Shown here: positions 1 to 8,793 of the stretch, piece after piece
Layout: each line of letters starts with the position of its first letter
Numbering within the stretch: position 1 is the first letter of the stretch
From: an uncultured Gemmatimonadota bacterium
GTDB lineage: Bacteria; Gemmatimonadota; Gemmatimonadetes; Palauibacterales; Palauibacteraceae
NCBI GenBank assembly: GCA_964509895.1
Contig: CAZDZJ010000132.1
Coordinates: forward strand, 18,269 to 82,268
Reading direction: 5' to 3'
Length of the DNA: 64,000 nucleotides
The notes under the pieces: model-generated
What the model saw: only the letters and a program-made list of their open reading frames with translations
Database searches by the model: none
Told to the model about the DNA's origin: nothing
Made by a program: the position numbers and the translations under genes

Positions 1-765
1 GTCCGTCAGAACTACGAAATGGGCGCCCACCACATGAAGCTCACGATCACCGACCGGGCGCGGGTGGGTCCGAACAACGGTACCCCGTACGCTCCGGGCG
101 AGAGCAACTACACGAAGGAAGAGATCGACGCGGCCGTGAACGAACTGCACCGGCTCGGCATCGAGGCCACCGCCCACGCGAACGGGGAGTCGATCCGGCT
201 CGCGGTCGAGGCGGGCGTGAACTCGATCCAGCACGGCGGGAACCTCAACGAAGACCTCATGGACCTCATGGTCGCGAACGATGTGGGCTTCGTGAACACC
301 TACACGATCGGGTTCCAGAGCGTCTTCAACGAGTGGAGCTTCCTCGACAACGAGGCCGGGAACATCCGGGACTGGCTCGCGCGCGGGCGCGAGGTCCACG
401 AACGGGAGTTGTCACGGAACGAAGGTCGCGCCCAGCGGCGCGTCGCCCGTCTCGGACAGCTCAGCCAGTCGAAGGAGAAGGGCGTCAAGGTCGGGATCGG
501 GACCGACAGCATGCACGGCTACATGCCGCTCGAAATGGAGAATCTCGTCGCGGCCGGCTTCACGCCGCTCGAGGCCCTCACCGCCGCCACCGGCCTGAAC
601 GCGGAGATCGTGGGGATCGAAGACGAGGTGGGGACGATCGCGCCCGGGCTGTTCGCCGACATCATTGCGATTGACGGCCGGCCCGATGAGGACATCGACG
701 ACATGGGCAACGTCGCCTTCATCATGGTCGGCGGCCGCGACCGGACCGGCCTCAGTTTCCGTTAG
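1..765 (+). CDS. Amidohydrolase family protein, C-terminal part (5' end lies outside the window)
   Basis: Frame 1 is open from position 1, so the Met at 19 is probably internal. Motifs HANGE, SIQHG, GTDS and the C-terminal GLFADIIAIDG...D strand fit imidazolonepropionase/Xaa-Pro-dipeptidase-like amidohydrolases. The C-terminus resembles the CDSs at 19386 and 26475. Confidence 0.8.
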   Translation, partial: VRQNYEMGAHHMKLTITDRARVGPNNGTPYAPGESNYTKEEIDAAVNELHRLGIEATAHANGESIRLAVEAGVNSIQHGGNLNEDLMDLMVANDVGFVNTYTIGFQSVFNEWSFLDNEAGNIRDWLARGREVHERELSRNEGRAQRRVARLGQLSQSKEKGVKVGIGTDSMHGYMPLEMENLVAAGFTPLEALTAATGLNAEIVGIEDEVGTIAPGLFADIIAIDGRPDEDIDDMGNVAFIMVGGRDRTGLSFR

Positions 766-793
766 CCGGCCGGCGTCCCGGGGGTCGCAGCGC

Positions 794-1969
794 CTACCAG
801 GGCCGCGAGGCTTCGTCGTGGAGCGTAGTGGGCAGGCTGTAGGATTGCTCGAAATCGCCCACGTTGGAGATTTGGAGCATCTCCATGTAGTCGTAGCCCT
901 TGTTGAATCTGTGGAAGCCCGGAATCCACCTCATGGCCCCGCTCTTCAGCCGGTGCTTCAACCACAGCAGCGGGACCTGTTTGACCCGCTGCGATGGAGG
1001 GAACAGGAAATCATCGGCCAGCTCATCTCCAACCAGTTCCCGGCACACCTGATAGATGAACATCGCGAAGGGACGGCGCTCCGAGGGATCCTTGACGCCC
1101 AGGAGGAGCGGAGCGCTGTTGACGATACTGTTCGCCATGATGATCGCGTCATCGTCCGGCTCGGGCTCGCACAGCATCCCGATCTCGAATCTGCGGCGTG
1201 CGTCCTCGTAGTCCTCGAAGAGAATCGCCTCCGGGACGCCCATGATCCAGGCGGTGTATCGCCACACGTGGACGTACCCCTCCCACTCCATGTCGCTGAA
1301 CTTCGCGCCGAGGCGCCTGGAATGCTGCAGGAGACGTGCCGAGAACGTCGTGGAGGCGAGCATGATGTGCGCCGCGCTGACCGGCGCGCCGTGCGCTGCC
1401 GCATCCCATTCATCCGAATCCTTGAGAAGCATCCTGGACTGGGCGTGCACCAGTCGGATGCGAAGCGTCAGTCGCCATCCGTCCCCACCCGGTTCCATCC
1501 CCCCGGGCAGGTACTGGTCGGCCAGGTGCAGGAGATTCTGGCGCAGGCGGCGCACCCCGTTCTGCGTGATGCGGCCCCGAATCCGGAAGGACTTGCTGAT
1601 CAGGGTCGAGAAGCCCTCCACGATCGCGGCGCCGGCGAGAGCGGCGGGAATGATGCTCGAATTGCGGATGAAGCCGCGCGTGGCCGCCTGGGCCAGTTTC
1701 GGATCGTACCAATCCGGAATGACGGCCACTTCACGCACGAGGTGCTCGAGGGAGTCGGGCAGGCCAGCCGGCAACTCGAACGGATCCCGCAGGGCGGCGG
1801 CAATGAGCGGATGCACTTCGCCGGGAGAATGAGCGGCCGCCAGATCCTCGACGACCCGGTCCGCAAGGGGATCTCCGAGGGTGGTATGGCGGATGTAGTC
1901 GTCCGCCAGCCGGGCATCGACGGCGCGCGCGGCCTCGTATCCCGCAACATAGCTGGACGGAATCCTCAT
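794..1969 (-). CDS. DUF2236 / MpaB-family oxygenase-like protein
   Basis: About 390 aa, helical and Arg/His-rich, with overall resemblance to the MpaB/rubber-oxygenase-like DUF2236 family. The ATG at 1969 is preferred over the ORF-track start at 2008; both are in frame. Confidence 0.55.
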   Translation of the reverse strand: MRIPSSYVAGYEAARAVDARLADDYIRHTTLGDPLADRVVEDLAAAHSPGEVHPLIAAALRDPFELPAGLPDSLEHLVREVAVIPDWYDPKLAQAATRGFIRNSSIIPAALAGAAIVEGFSTLISKSFRIRGRITQNGVRRLRQNLLHLADQYLPGGMEPGGDGWRLTLRIRLVHAQSRMLLKDSDEWDAAAHGAPVSAAHIMLASTTFSARLLQHSRRLGAKFSDMEWEGYVHVWRYTAWIMGVPEAILFEDYEDARRRFEIGMLCEPEPDDDAIIMANSIVNSAPLLLGVKDPSERRPFAMFIYQVCRELVGDELADDFLFPPSQRVKQVPLLWLKHRLKSGAMRWIPGFHRFNKGYDYMEMLQISNVGDFEQSYSLPTTLHDEASRPW

Positions 1970-2177
1970 ACGGGGATTGGGTCTCCCATTGCCTCTCCGT
2001 TCGAACACGAAGATGCCCCCGACGCGGGGGGCACGACAAAATACGCATTATCGGGATCGAAGCGACCCGCTGCCCGTTCCGCGGCGCTCTGGCGAATCGA
2101 TCTCGGCGCCTTTAAACCGTAGTGTCCGTGGAGAGTCAAGGAGCGGAAGGCTGGACGACATCGCGGAAGAGAACCGA

Positions 2178-5100
2178 ATGAGCGCCGGCGATCACCTGGA
2201 CCCGGGGAGTTTCCGGGGCCCCATCGGCTTCATGGCGAAGAACGGCATCGCCGCGAACGTCGTCATGCTGTTCCTCGTCCTTGCCGGTCTGGCGTCGGCC
2301 CGGAACCTCGTCCAGGAAGTCCTGCCCGATTTCTCCCTCGACCGCGTCCAGATCGTCGTCCCCTATCCCGGTGCGGCGCCGGAGGAGGTCGAAGAGTCCA
2401 TCGTCCGCCGCATCGAGGAACAGATCCGGGCGGTGGACGGCCTGAGCCGGGTAGAGGCCACCGCCTCCGAGGGGCTCGCGTCGGTGATCGCGGAGTTCAG
2501 TTCGGGCACGGACGTCAACCGCGCCCTCAACGAACTGAAGGCCGAAGTCGACCGCATTCCGACCTTCCCGGCCGCCGCCGAGCGGCCCGAGGTGCGCGAG
2601 ATCACGAGCCGCCAGAGCGTCATTCGCCTCCTGGTGTACGGCGACGTCCCGGAGCGCGCGCTCAAGGAACTGGCCTACGGCATCGAGGAAGGACTCTCCT
2701 CTCTGCCGGAGGTGTCGCTGGCGGAGATCAGCGGCGCCCGTCCGTACGAGATATCGATCGAGGTGCCTCTGCGGACGCTTCGCGCCCTCGGCCTGACCCT
2801 GGAAGACGTCGCATTCGCGGTGCGGCAGAATTCGCTCGAACTCTCCGCGGGGAGGGTGTCCACTCGTGGCGAGGACATCCTCGTCCGCACGCTGGGACAG
2901 AACTACGAGCAGATGGACTTCGAGGAGATCGTCGTCCTCAGCCGTCCGGACGGCACCGCGCTTCGGCTCGGCGAAATCGCGACGGTGCGGGACGGTTTCG
3001 CGGACACGGACCTGAGCGTGCGCTACAACGGGCAGGCCGCGGTACGGGTCGACGTGTACCGGACCTCCGACGAGCAGGTGCTGGCCATTGCCGAGGCCGT
3101 CAAGCGATACCTGGCTGCCGAAGTGGTGCCGACCCTCCCCGAGGGTGTCTCCGTGGAACTGTGGAAGGATGACTCGGAGGAAGTCGGCGGACGCCTCGGC
3201 CTCATGGTGAAGAACGCCCTCATTGGATTTGCGCTCGTCTTTGCGGCGCTGACGCTCTTCCTGCAAATCCGACTGGCCATGTGGGTGGCCGTGGGGCTGG
3301 CGGTCTCGTTCATGGGCACGTTCATCGTGATGGGCCTCCTGAACATCTCGATCAACATGTTTTCGCTGATGGCGCTCGTGCTGGCGCTGGGCATCGTCGT
3401 GGACGACGCGATCGTCGTGGGAGAAAGCGTCTTCGCCGAGAGGGAGCGGGGGCAAAGGGGGCTGGCGGCAGCCATTCGGGGCACGCGGCGGGTCAGCACA
3501 CCCGTCATTTTCTCGGTCCTCACGACGATCACGGCCTTCGCCGCGCTGCTGAACGCGCCCGGCCCGCAGGGAGAGCTCGGGCGGGGGATTCCACTCGTGG
3601 TGATTGCGGTGCTCGTGATCTCGCTGCTGGAATCGCTCCTCGTGCTACCGAACCACCTGTCCCATCTGGCCGCCCCTGGCGAGCGGAAGCCCGGCGCCGC
3701 CATTCGAGTGCTGCACCGGGCCCAGGGGGTCGTGAACCGGATCTTGAAGCGTCTCGCGGACGGGCCTCTCGACCGCGGACTCCGCCTCGCGACGGAACAA
3801 CCCTCCACCATCCTGGCCGGGGCGGTCGGGCTGCTCGTGATCTCGCTGGGGGTCGTCGCGTCGGGCATCGTTCCCAACCAGTTCATCACGCCGATCGAGG
3901 GCGAGGTCGTGTCGGCGAACCTCGAGATGCCGACGGGCACGCCGACCGAACGCACGAGCCGGGTCGTCGCGGAGATCGAAGCTGCGGGGCATCGGGCCGT
4001 GGCCCGCCTCTCGGAGGGTCGGGACGAAGACGCGGATCCGCTGGAGTTCGATGTGGCGGTCACCGTCGGAGAATTCGCTGCCCTGTACGATCCGCTCGGC
4101 GGGGATGCGGTGGAGGCGGCCCGGGGCCACCTCGCTACGGTGCAATTCAAGCTTCATGGCTGGAGCAGCGAGGGGATCGCGGCTTCCACCTTCGAGCGCG
4201 TGTGGCGGGAGGAAGCCGGGACCCCTGCCGAAGCGAAGTCACTCTCGATCTCCTCGAACCTTCTCGGCCTGGGGCTGCCGGTTCACTTCGAGCTGTCTCA
4301 CCCGGACCCCGAGCGCCTGGAAGCCATCGCGACCGAGTTCGCCACCGAACTGACCCTGATGGAGGGGACCCTGGACGTTCGGAGCAATCTCGATGAGGGC
4401 TTCCGGGAGCTGCAAATGGAGTTGACGCCGGAGGGCCGCTCCCTGAACCTGACGCTCGACCGCTTCGCGACGCAGGTGCGGTCGGCCTTCTTCGGGGCGG
4501 AAGCGCTGCGGGTACCTCGGGGCCGCGAGGACATGCGGGTGTGGGTTCGGCTTCCGGAAGCGGAGCGCAACTCCGCGTCCGATGTAGAGAACTATTTCAT
4601 CCGCACTCCGGGCGGCGAAGTGCCGCTGGGCCAGATTGCGTCCGCCGGCTTCTCTCGCTCGTCGGCCGCGATTCACCGGGTCGACGGACGCCGCGCCGTC
4701 ACGATCACCGCCGATGTGGACCCGCGCATCGCCACGAGTCAGCAGGTGAATGCCAGCCTGGAGAACGAGGTTCTCGCACGACTCACGGAAGCGAACCCGG
4801 ATCTCTCCTACACGTACGGTGGCCAGAGAAAGGAGCAGGATCACGCGATCTCCGTGCTGGGCCGGTCACTCATCCTCGCTCTCCTGATCATGTACAGCCT
4901 GATGGCGATCCCGTTCGGCTCGTACTCGCAGCCCCTGATCATCATGGCCGCCGTTCCGCTGGGGGCGATCGGGGCGGTGGCGGGGCACGCGCTGCTCGGC
5001 CTCAGCTGGGGACTGTGGTCGCTCTACGGGCTGGTCGGCGTCTTCGGCGTGGTCGTGAACGACTCGCTCATGATGATCCGGTTCATCAACGACCTGAGGG

Positions 5101-5372
5101 CCTCCGGCATGGGACCTGCCGATGCGATCATCAGCGGGGCCAAGGAGAGGTTCCGGGCCATCATGATCACGTCGGTCACCACGTTCCTGGGCGTGGCCCC
5201 GCTCGTGTTCGAGACGAGCAGCCACGCGCAGCATCTCGTGCCGCTCGCGACCTCCGTCGGATTCGGCGTCCTGATCGCCACGATCCTGCTCATGGTCGTC
5301 GTGCCGGCGCTGGTCATGGCACAGTACAACCTGGCGGCGAGAAGAGAACGCTGGCGACTGTCGCGCGCCTGA
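2178..5372 (+). CDS. RND efflux transporter permease (AcrB/HAE1-like), 1064 aa
   Basis: The ATG at 2178 is in frame with ORF 1977..5372. It shows 12-TM RND architecture with two large periplasmic loops. It has typical AcrB-like N-terminal (FMAKNGIAANVVMLFL) and C-terminal (VPALVM) segments. Confidence 0.9.
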   Translation: MSAGDHLDPGSFRGPIGFMAKNGIAANVVMLFLVLAGLASARNLVQEVLPDFSLDRVQIVVPYPGAAPEEVEESIVRRIEEQIRAVDGLSRVEATASEGLASVIAEFSSGTDVNRALNELKAEVDRIPTFPAAAERPEVREITSRQSVIRLLVYGDVPERALKELAYGIEEGLSSLPEVSLAEISGARPYEISIEVPLRTLRALGLTLEDVAFAVRQNSLELSAGRVSTRGEDILVRTLGQNYEQMDFEEIVVLSRPDGTALRLGEIATVRDGFADTDLSVRYNGQAAVRVDVYRTSDEQVLAIAEAVKRYLAAEVVPTLPEGVSVELWKDDSEEVGGRLGLMVKNALIGFALVFAALTLFLQIRLAMWVAVGLAVSFMGTFIVMGLLNISINMFSLMALVLALGIVVDDAIVVGESVFAERERGQRGLAAAIRGTRRVSTPVIFSVLTTITAFAALLNAPGPQGELGRGIPLVVIAVLVISLLESLLVLPNHLSHLAAPGERKPGAAIRVLHRAQGVVNRILKRLADGPLDRGLRLATEQPSTILAGAVGLLVISLGVVASGIVPNQFITPIEGEVVSANLEMPTGTPTERTSRVVAEIEAAGHRAVARLSEGRDEDADPLEFDVAVTVGEFAALYDPLGGDAVEAARGHLATVQFKLHGWSSEGIAASTFERVWREEAGTPAEAKSLSISSNLLGLGLPVHFELSHPDPERLEAIATEFATELTLMEGTLDVRSNLDEGFRELQMELTPEGRSLNLTLDRFATQVRSAFFGAEALRVPRGREDMRVWVRLPEAERNSASDVENYFIRTPGGEVPLGQIASAGFSRSSAAIHRVDGRRAVTITADVDPRIATSQQVNASLENEVLARLTEANPDLSYTYGGQRKEQDHAISVLGRSLILALLIMYSLMAIPFGSYSQPLIIMAAVPLGAIGAVAGHALLGLSWGLWSLYGLVGVFGVVVNDSLMMIRFINDLRASGMGPADAIISGAKERFRAIMITSVTTFLGVAPLVFETSSHAQHLVPLATSVGFGVLIATILLMVVVPALVMAQYNLAARRERWRLSRA

Positions 5373-5383
5373 TATCCGGTTGC

Positions 5384-5405
5384 CGGCCCCGCGCTGCCGG
5401 GGCTG
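5384..5405. terminator. Hairpin between convergent stop codons (candidate bidirectional terminator)
   Basis: CGGCCCC (5384-5390) pairs with GGGGCTG (5399-5405) in a 7-bp stem with one G-T wobble and an 8-nt loop. It sits exactly between the RND stop (5372) and the stop of the minus-strand gene (5406). There is no clear U-tract. Confidence 0.3.
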
Positions 5406-6404
5406 TCAGGCTCCCCGCGTTGCGAGGCGGTCGCAGTAAAGGGCGATCCAGCGGTTGGAGAAGCCGAAGAGTTTCGCGCGGCGCGTGATCGCGAGGACCT
5501 CGCGGCGGGACATCTTCGTTTCCCGATCCAGCACCTCCGGGTTCGTGCGGCTGATGGCCAGCGTCCGCACGGCGAAGAGAAGCGGGAGCAGGCAGAAGAG
5601 CCGCACCCGGTGGTACCGCCTCGGGATCATGCGCATGTAGCTCCGGGCCGCGGCGAGGTGGCGGTCGGCCTTCTCCACGAGTCGCTCGAGCACGCCCATC
5701 GCCGCTTCCTGGTTGCCGGGTTCGAACAGGTCGCGCGGGTCCATGCCGGGCTCGGGGAGAAAGGAGGCCGGCACGTACACCCAGCCGCGATGGCGGTCCT
5801 CGTGCAGCCCGCGAATCACGTTCACCGTCTGTAGCGCGAGGCCGAACTCCCGTCCCAGCGCCATCATGCGCGTACGGTCCTTCCCGACGCCCCGGAGCCG
5901 GTGGGCGAACAGCTCCGTGAGCAGGTGGCCCACCCGCCCGGCGACCTCGTGCATGTAGTCGTCCAGGTCCGCTTCGGTCTCGAACTCCGACCCCCGCTCC
6001 GTCCAGCGAGCCATCCCCGCGCTGGACCTCCTCACATGGCGCACAATGATCTCGCGCGTCTCGGGCGCCAGCCGGTCGAGTCCTTCGAGAACGCGCGCCG
6101 TGCGCCGGGCTACCGCCGCGTCCGGCGTGTCCTCCGCGGCGTCCCCCAGGCGGTCGATGAGGGCCGCACGACCCGACCCTCCGTCGAGCACCCGGCGCCA
6201 CGCTTCCAGCAGGGAGATCTTCTCCTCCCCGGCGATTTCCTGGTTGTCCTCCAGGTAGTCGGAAACGCGGAGAAGGAGATAGGCCACCGTGATCTCGTCG
6301 CGCAGCGGGGGGGGGAGGATCTCGATCCCGACGGCGAACGTGCGGCTCGCGTGCACGAGCAGGTCGTGAAGGGTGACCAGCCCTTCACCGGGATTCCGGG
6401 TCAA
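5406..6404 (-). CDS. Squalene synthase-type (farnesyl-diphosphate farnesyltransferase) isoprenoid synthase
   Basis: First Asp-rich motif is LLLRVSDYLED (the DxxED type found in eukaryote-like SQS). Second region is DDYMHEVAGRVG. The segment GLALQTVNVIRGLHEDRHRGWVYVP parallels the SQS QKTNIIRDYLED region. The start is TTG at 6404, overlapping the upstream stop by 4 nt. Confidence 0.75.
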   Translation of the reverse strand: MTRNPGEGLVTLHDLLVHASRTFAVGIEILPPPLRDEITVAYLLLRVSDYLEDNQEIAGEEKISLLEAWRRVLDGGSGRAALIDRLGDAAEDTPDAAVARRTARVLEGLDRLAPETREIIVRHVRRSSAGMARWTERGSEFETEADLDDYMHEVAGRVGHLLTELFAHRLRGVGKDRTRMMALGREFGLALQTVNVIRGLHEDRHRGWVYVPASFLPEPGMDPRDLFEPGNQEAAMGVLERLVEKADRHLAAARSYMRMIPRRYHRVRLFCLLPLLFAVRTLAISRTNPEVLDRETKMSRREVLAITRRAKLFGFSNRWIALYCDRLATRGA

Positions 6405-7945
6405 GAGACGGTGCGCCTGGCAGCCCGTGACAAGACCCCGCTGCGTTCGAGCGGCGCTGCATCTCGCCTGAACGCTGCGCTCTGCGTCGCTCCTCGGTCA
6501 CGTGGCGCTACCATGCTCCCTCGTCGCTTCTTGTCAGCCGAGCGCTTCACCGCTCTCGACGCTGACGCGGGGTCTTGCCACGGGCTGCTAGCGGCGGGAT
6601 CGGACTTGATGAGCAGGAGGCGGCTGTTCGCGGGATAGAGCCACTCGGCGCCGCGCTCCGTCACGACGGCATCATCCTCCAACGGAACGCGGAGCTTCGC
6701 GCCACCCCACTCGGGAACGGCGGTGTACGCGAACAGTTCGATCGAGAGGAGATTCGACGGCACGACCTGGAAGGTGAGACGTCGCGGGTTCCACGTCGCG
6801 ATCGACGGTCCGATTCCGTGCCCCAGGTTGCCGACCGAATGGTGTCCCTCCCAGGTGACATCCGTCTGGGGCCCGTCCGTGGGCTGGTTGAAGGGAATGG
6901 GATTGAAGCCGGCCGCTGTGAGGGCCGCGCCGATCCGGTCCATGTTCGCGCGCGCCGTGATCCCGGCCCGGATCGCGCGGCGCGACACCTCGCGCGCCTC
7001 GATCGCCCGGTCGAAGGCGTTCTGCACCCCCGGCATCGCCTCCGTCTCCTCGGGCCGCAGCACGTAGGCGACGCGTTTCATGTCCGTGCAGAAGTTCAGG
7101 TGGCAGACGCCCCAGTCGATCATCATGACGTCGCCGCCCTGGATGATCCGGTCGCTGGATGTCGCCTCGATCCCCTCGGGTCCGGTGATGTAGATGGACG
7201 GGAAACCGAAGGAGGAGCCGAGCCCGCGCTCGAGAAGCCGATCCATGAGCCACCACGCCACGTCTCTGAGCGTCGTGACGCCGGGTGTGATGACCTCGTT
7301 GGAGAGCGCCCGTTCGGCGAGTTCGCGCGAGATCTCGCCTGCCTCGGCGAAGCCCGCGATCTCCGAGGCGACCCGCCGCGCCCTGAAATCGGACACCAGC
7401 TTCTCGGCAGAGACGAAACGCGCCGCCCACGGTTCGCCGAGCGTCTCGGCCAGGTGGTGGTAGGCGGTGTAGGAAAGGCCGTCCGCCGCGCCGATGTTCT
7501 CGCCCATGTTGAGGCCGATCCGCGTCGGGTCGCGCTCCGCGACGAACTCCCGGAGGTCGAAGTTGCCCGTGACGATGTCGTAAGCCCCGTTGCCGGCCAG
7601 CAGGTATCCGCTGATCCCCAGCGCGGCGCGTTCGATCCGGTCTCCGCCACGGTCCGTGAAGACGTAGTAGCCGATCGGATTCACGTAGCCGGGGCCGAAG
7701 TCGGGCGTGAGCGGATCGTCGAGCCCTTCCCTGCGCACGGTGATCCACATGTCGATCCCGTTCTCGCGCATGACCTCGGGCAGCACGACATCGAACTTCT
7801 CGCGCCGCATCTGGTTCATCCGCTCCCAGCGCTGCCGAGCCTCCTGCCCTTCCGCCGGGACGGGAAGCAACGGGAGGAGCAGCACCGACCAGAGGGCGGC
7901 GCGTCCGAGGCGTGCGACCCGGCCCTTCAGGATGATTCGATACAT
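6401..7945 (-). CDS. M24-family (creatinase/Xaa-Pro aminopeptidase fold) peptidase, secreted
   Basis: ATG at 7945 (MYRIILKG...) is followed by a signal-like segment, LWSVLLLPLLPVPAEG. The creatinase-like N-domain and pita-bread C-domain carry metal-ligand-like residues (DVMMIDWG, HSVGNLGHGIG, LSIELF). The last roughly 65 aa are low-complexity and coincide with the inverted repeat at 6420-6588. Confidence 0.75.
   Translation of the reverse strand: MYRIILKGRVARLGRAALWSVLLLPLLPVPAEGQEARQRWERMNQMRREKFDVVLPEVMRENGIDMWITVRREGLDDPLTPDFGPGYVNPIGYYVFTDRGGDRIERAALGISGYLLAGNGAYDIVTGNFDLREFVAERDPTRIGLNMGENIGAADGLSYTAYHHLAETLGEPWAARFVSAEKLVSDFRARRVASEIAGFAEAGEISRELAERALSNEVITPGVTTLRDVAWWLMDRLLERGLGSSFGFPSIYITGPEGIEATSSDRIIQGGDVMMIDWGVCHLNFCTDMKRVAYVLRPEETEAMPGVQNAFDRAIEAREVSRRAIRAGITARANMDRIGAALTAAGFNPIPFNQPTDGPQTDVTWEGHHSVGNLGHGIGPSIATWNPRRLTFQVVPSNLLSIELFAYTAVPEWGGAKLRVPLEDDAVVTERGAEWLYPANSRLLLIKSDPAASSPWQDPASASRAVKRSADKKRRGSMVAPRDRGATQSAAFRRDAAPLERSGVLSRAARRTVS
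6420..6588. repeat. Long imperfect inverted repeat (about 170 bp) with 22-nt terminal arms
   Basis: Arm 1 is gcagcccgtgacaagaccccgc (6420-6441). Arm 2 is gcggggtcttgccacgggctgc (6567-6588). They are reverse complements at 21 of 22 positions. The inner sequence is also partly self-complementary (for example gcgttcgagcgg / ccgctctcgacgc, and ctcgcctga / tcagccgag). Confidence 0.75.
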
Positions 7946-7964
7946 AGGTCCTCTCCCGTCTCTG

Positions 7965-8378
7965 CTAGAGATCCCTCGGCCAGAGTTGTGGCTGCCCGTC
8001 CAGGGACACGGCGCCAAAATCGCGCAAATCGACGGTGGCAATCGCCCGGGCGTGGAGCCGCTCGGCCACGGCCATGACCACGCCGTCCACCAACCCCAAC
8101 CGCAGGGAGCGGTAGGTCGCGTTCAGCTCTTCCGCCCGCCTCAGGTCTGCCAGGCTCCCCCACTCGATCATGAGTCTGCCGTCGGCAAGGTCCCGGCGCA
8201 GCGCAGCCGCCACGGCCCTGCCCAGTCTTGCGGCTGCCATGTAGTCCAACTCCGGGAGGATTGCCCAAGGAAGGATCCATTCGCCGGGTCGCTTCTCGTA
8301 AGCGTCGCGGATCGCGGCGTGATCCCGCGCCCCGCGGTCGAGCAGCGCCAGCATCGCGCTGGTGTCCGCGACGATCAC
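7965..8378 (-). CDS. vapC: PIN-domain toxin VapC
   Basis: MIVADTS..., PELDY, LVDGVV and TVDLRDF supply the four acidic PIN positions. The start overlaps the upstream antitoxin stop by 4 nt. Confidence 0.85.
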   Translation of the reverse strand: MIVADTSAMLALLDRGARDHAAIRDAYEKRPGEWILPWAILPELDYMAAARLGRAVAAALRRDLADGRLMIEWGSLADLRRAEELNATYRSLRLGLVDGVVMAVAERLHARAIATVDLRDFGAVSLDGQPQLWPRDL

Positions 8379-8671
8379 CGTCGGTTTCCGTCCCGTGGGC
8401 TCGGTTCCTGCGCGTCCTCCGGGGCGTCTCCGCCAGGCTCATCCTCCCCGAACCCGTTCAGGTATTCCTCGTACCGCTCGGCCAGGTCCGGCATGCCGCT
8501 GTCTCCCAAGCCAATGCTGCGCGGCAACCGGGCCTGTACCTTGCGGGTGGTGTATTCGCCCACCGCTTCCCGGATCAGTGCAGCCGCGGTGCGGTTCTCG
8601 GCGGCGGCGATCGACTTCAGCTTGCTGTAGTCGGTGGCTCTCAGGTACACCGTCGTCTTGACTCTATCCAT
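8375..8671 (-). CDS. vapB: Ribbon-helix-helix (CopG-like) antitoxin VapB
   Basis: The N-terminal RHH pattern is KTTVYLRATDYSKLKSIAAAENRTAAALIREAV, followed by an acidic disordered tail. It is translationally coupled to vapC. Confidence 0.8.
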   Translation of the reverse strand: MDRVKTTVYLRATDYSKLKSIAAAENRTAAALIREAVGEYTTRKVQARLPRSIGLGDSGMPDLAERYEEYLNGFGEDEPGGDAPEDAQEPSPRDGNRR

Positions 8672-8793
8672 CGATATATGGTATATGGCTGACAGCTATA
8701 CGGCAACCGACTCTCAGGACGATGCAGCGTGGGCATTCCGACCTTGAACAGTGGCGTCGCGGGGGGGGGGCGGGCCCATCGAGCGGCGAGCGC

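Noticed and set aside
2015-2032. A GC hairpin, gcccccgacgcggggggc, in the divergent region between the DUF2236 gene and the RND gene. I considered it as a terminator or riboswitch stem.
   Set aside because: It has no U-tract on either strand and no conserved riboswitch-like sequence that I can recognise. It may even lie inside the longer N-terminal version of the DUF2236 ORF. A short GC hairpin is expected by chance at this GC content.
665-2122. Many other long ORFs in the track, for example 665..2122+, 2136..3455-, 8641..10110-, 9900..11582-, 14564..15931+, 17168..19180+, 19293..20495-, 26445..28265-, 27995..30187-, 37848..39479+, 38893..40986+, 43752..45362+, 45407..46801+ and 49724..51151+.
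   Set aside because: Each overlaps, in another frame or on the other strand, a CDS with strong family motifs. Their translations are dominated by Arg, Gly, Pro and Ala, as expected from stop-codon depletion in GC-rich DNA. None shows a recognisable domain.
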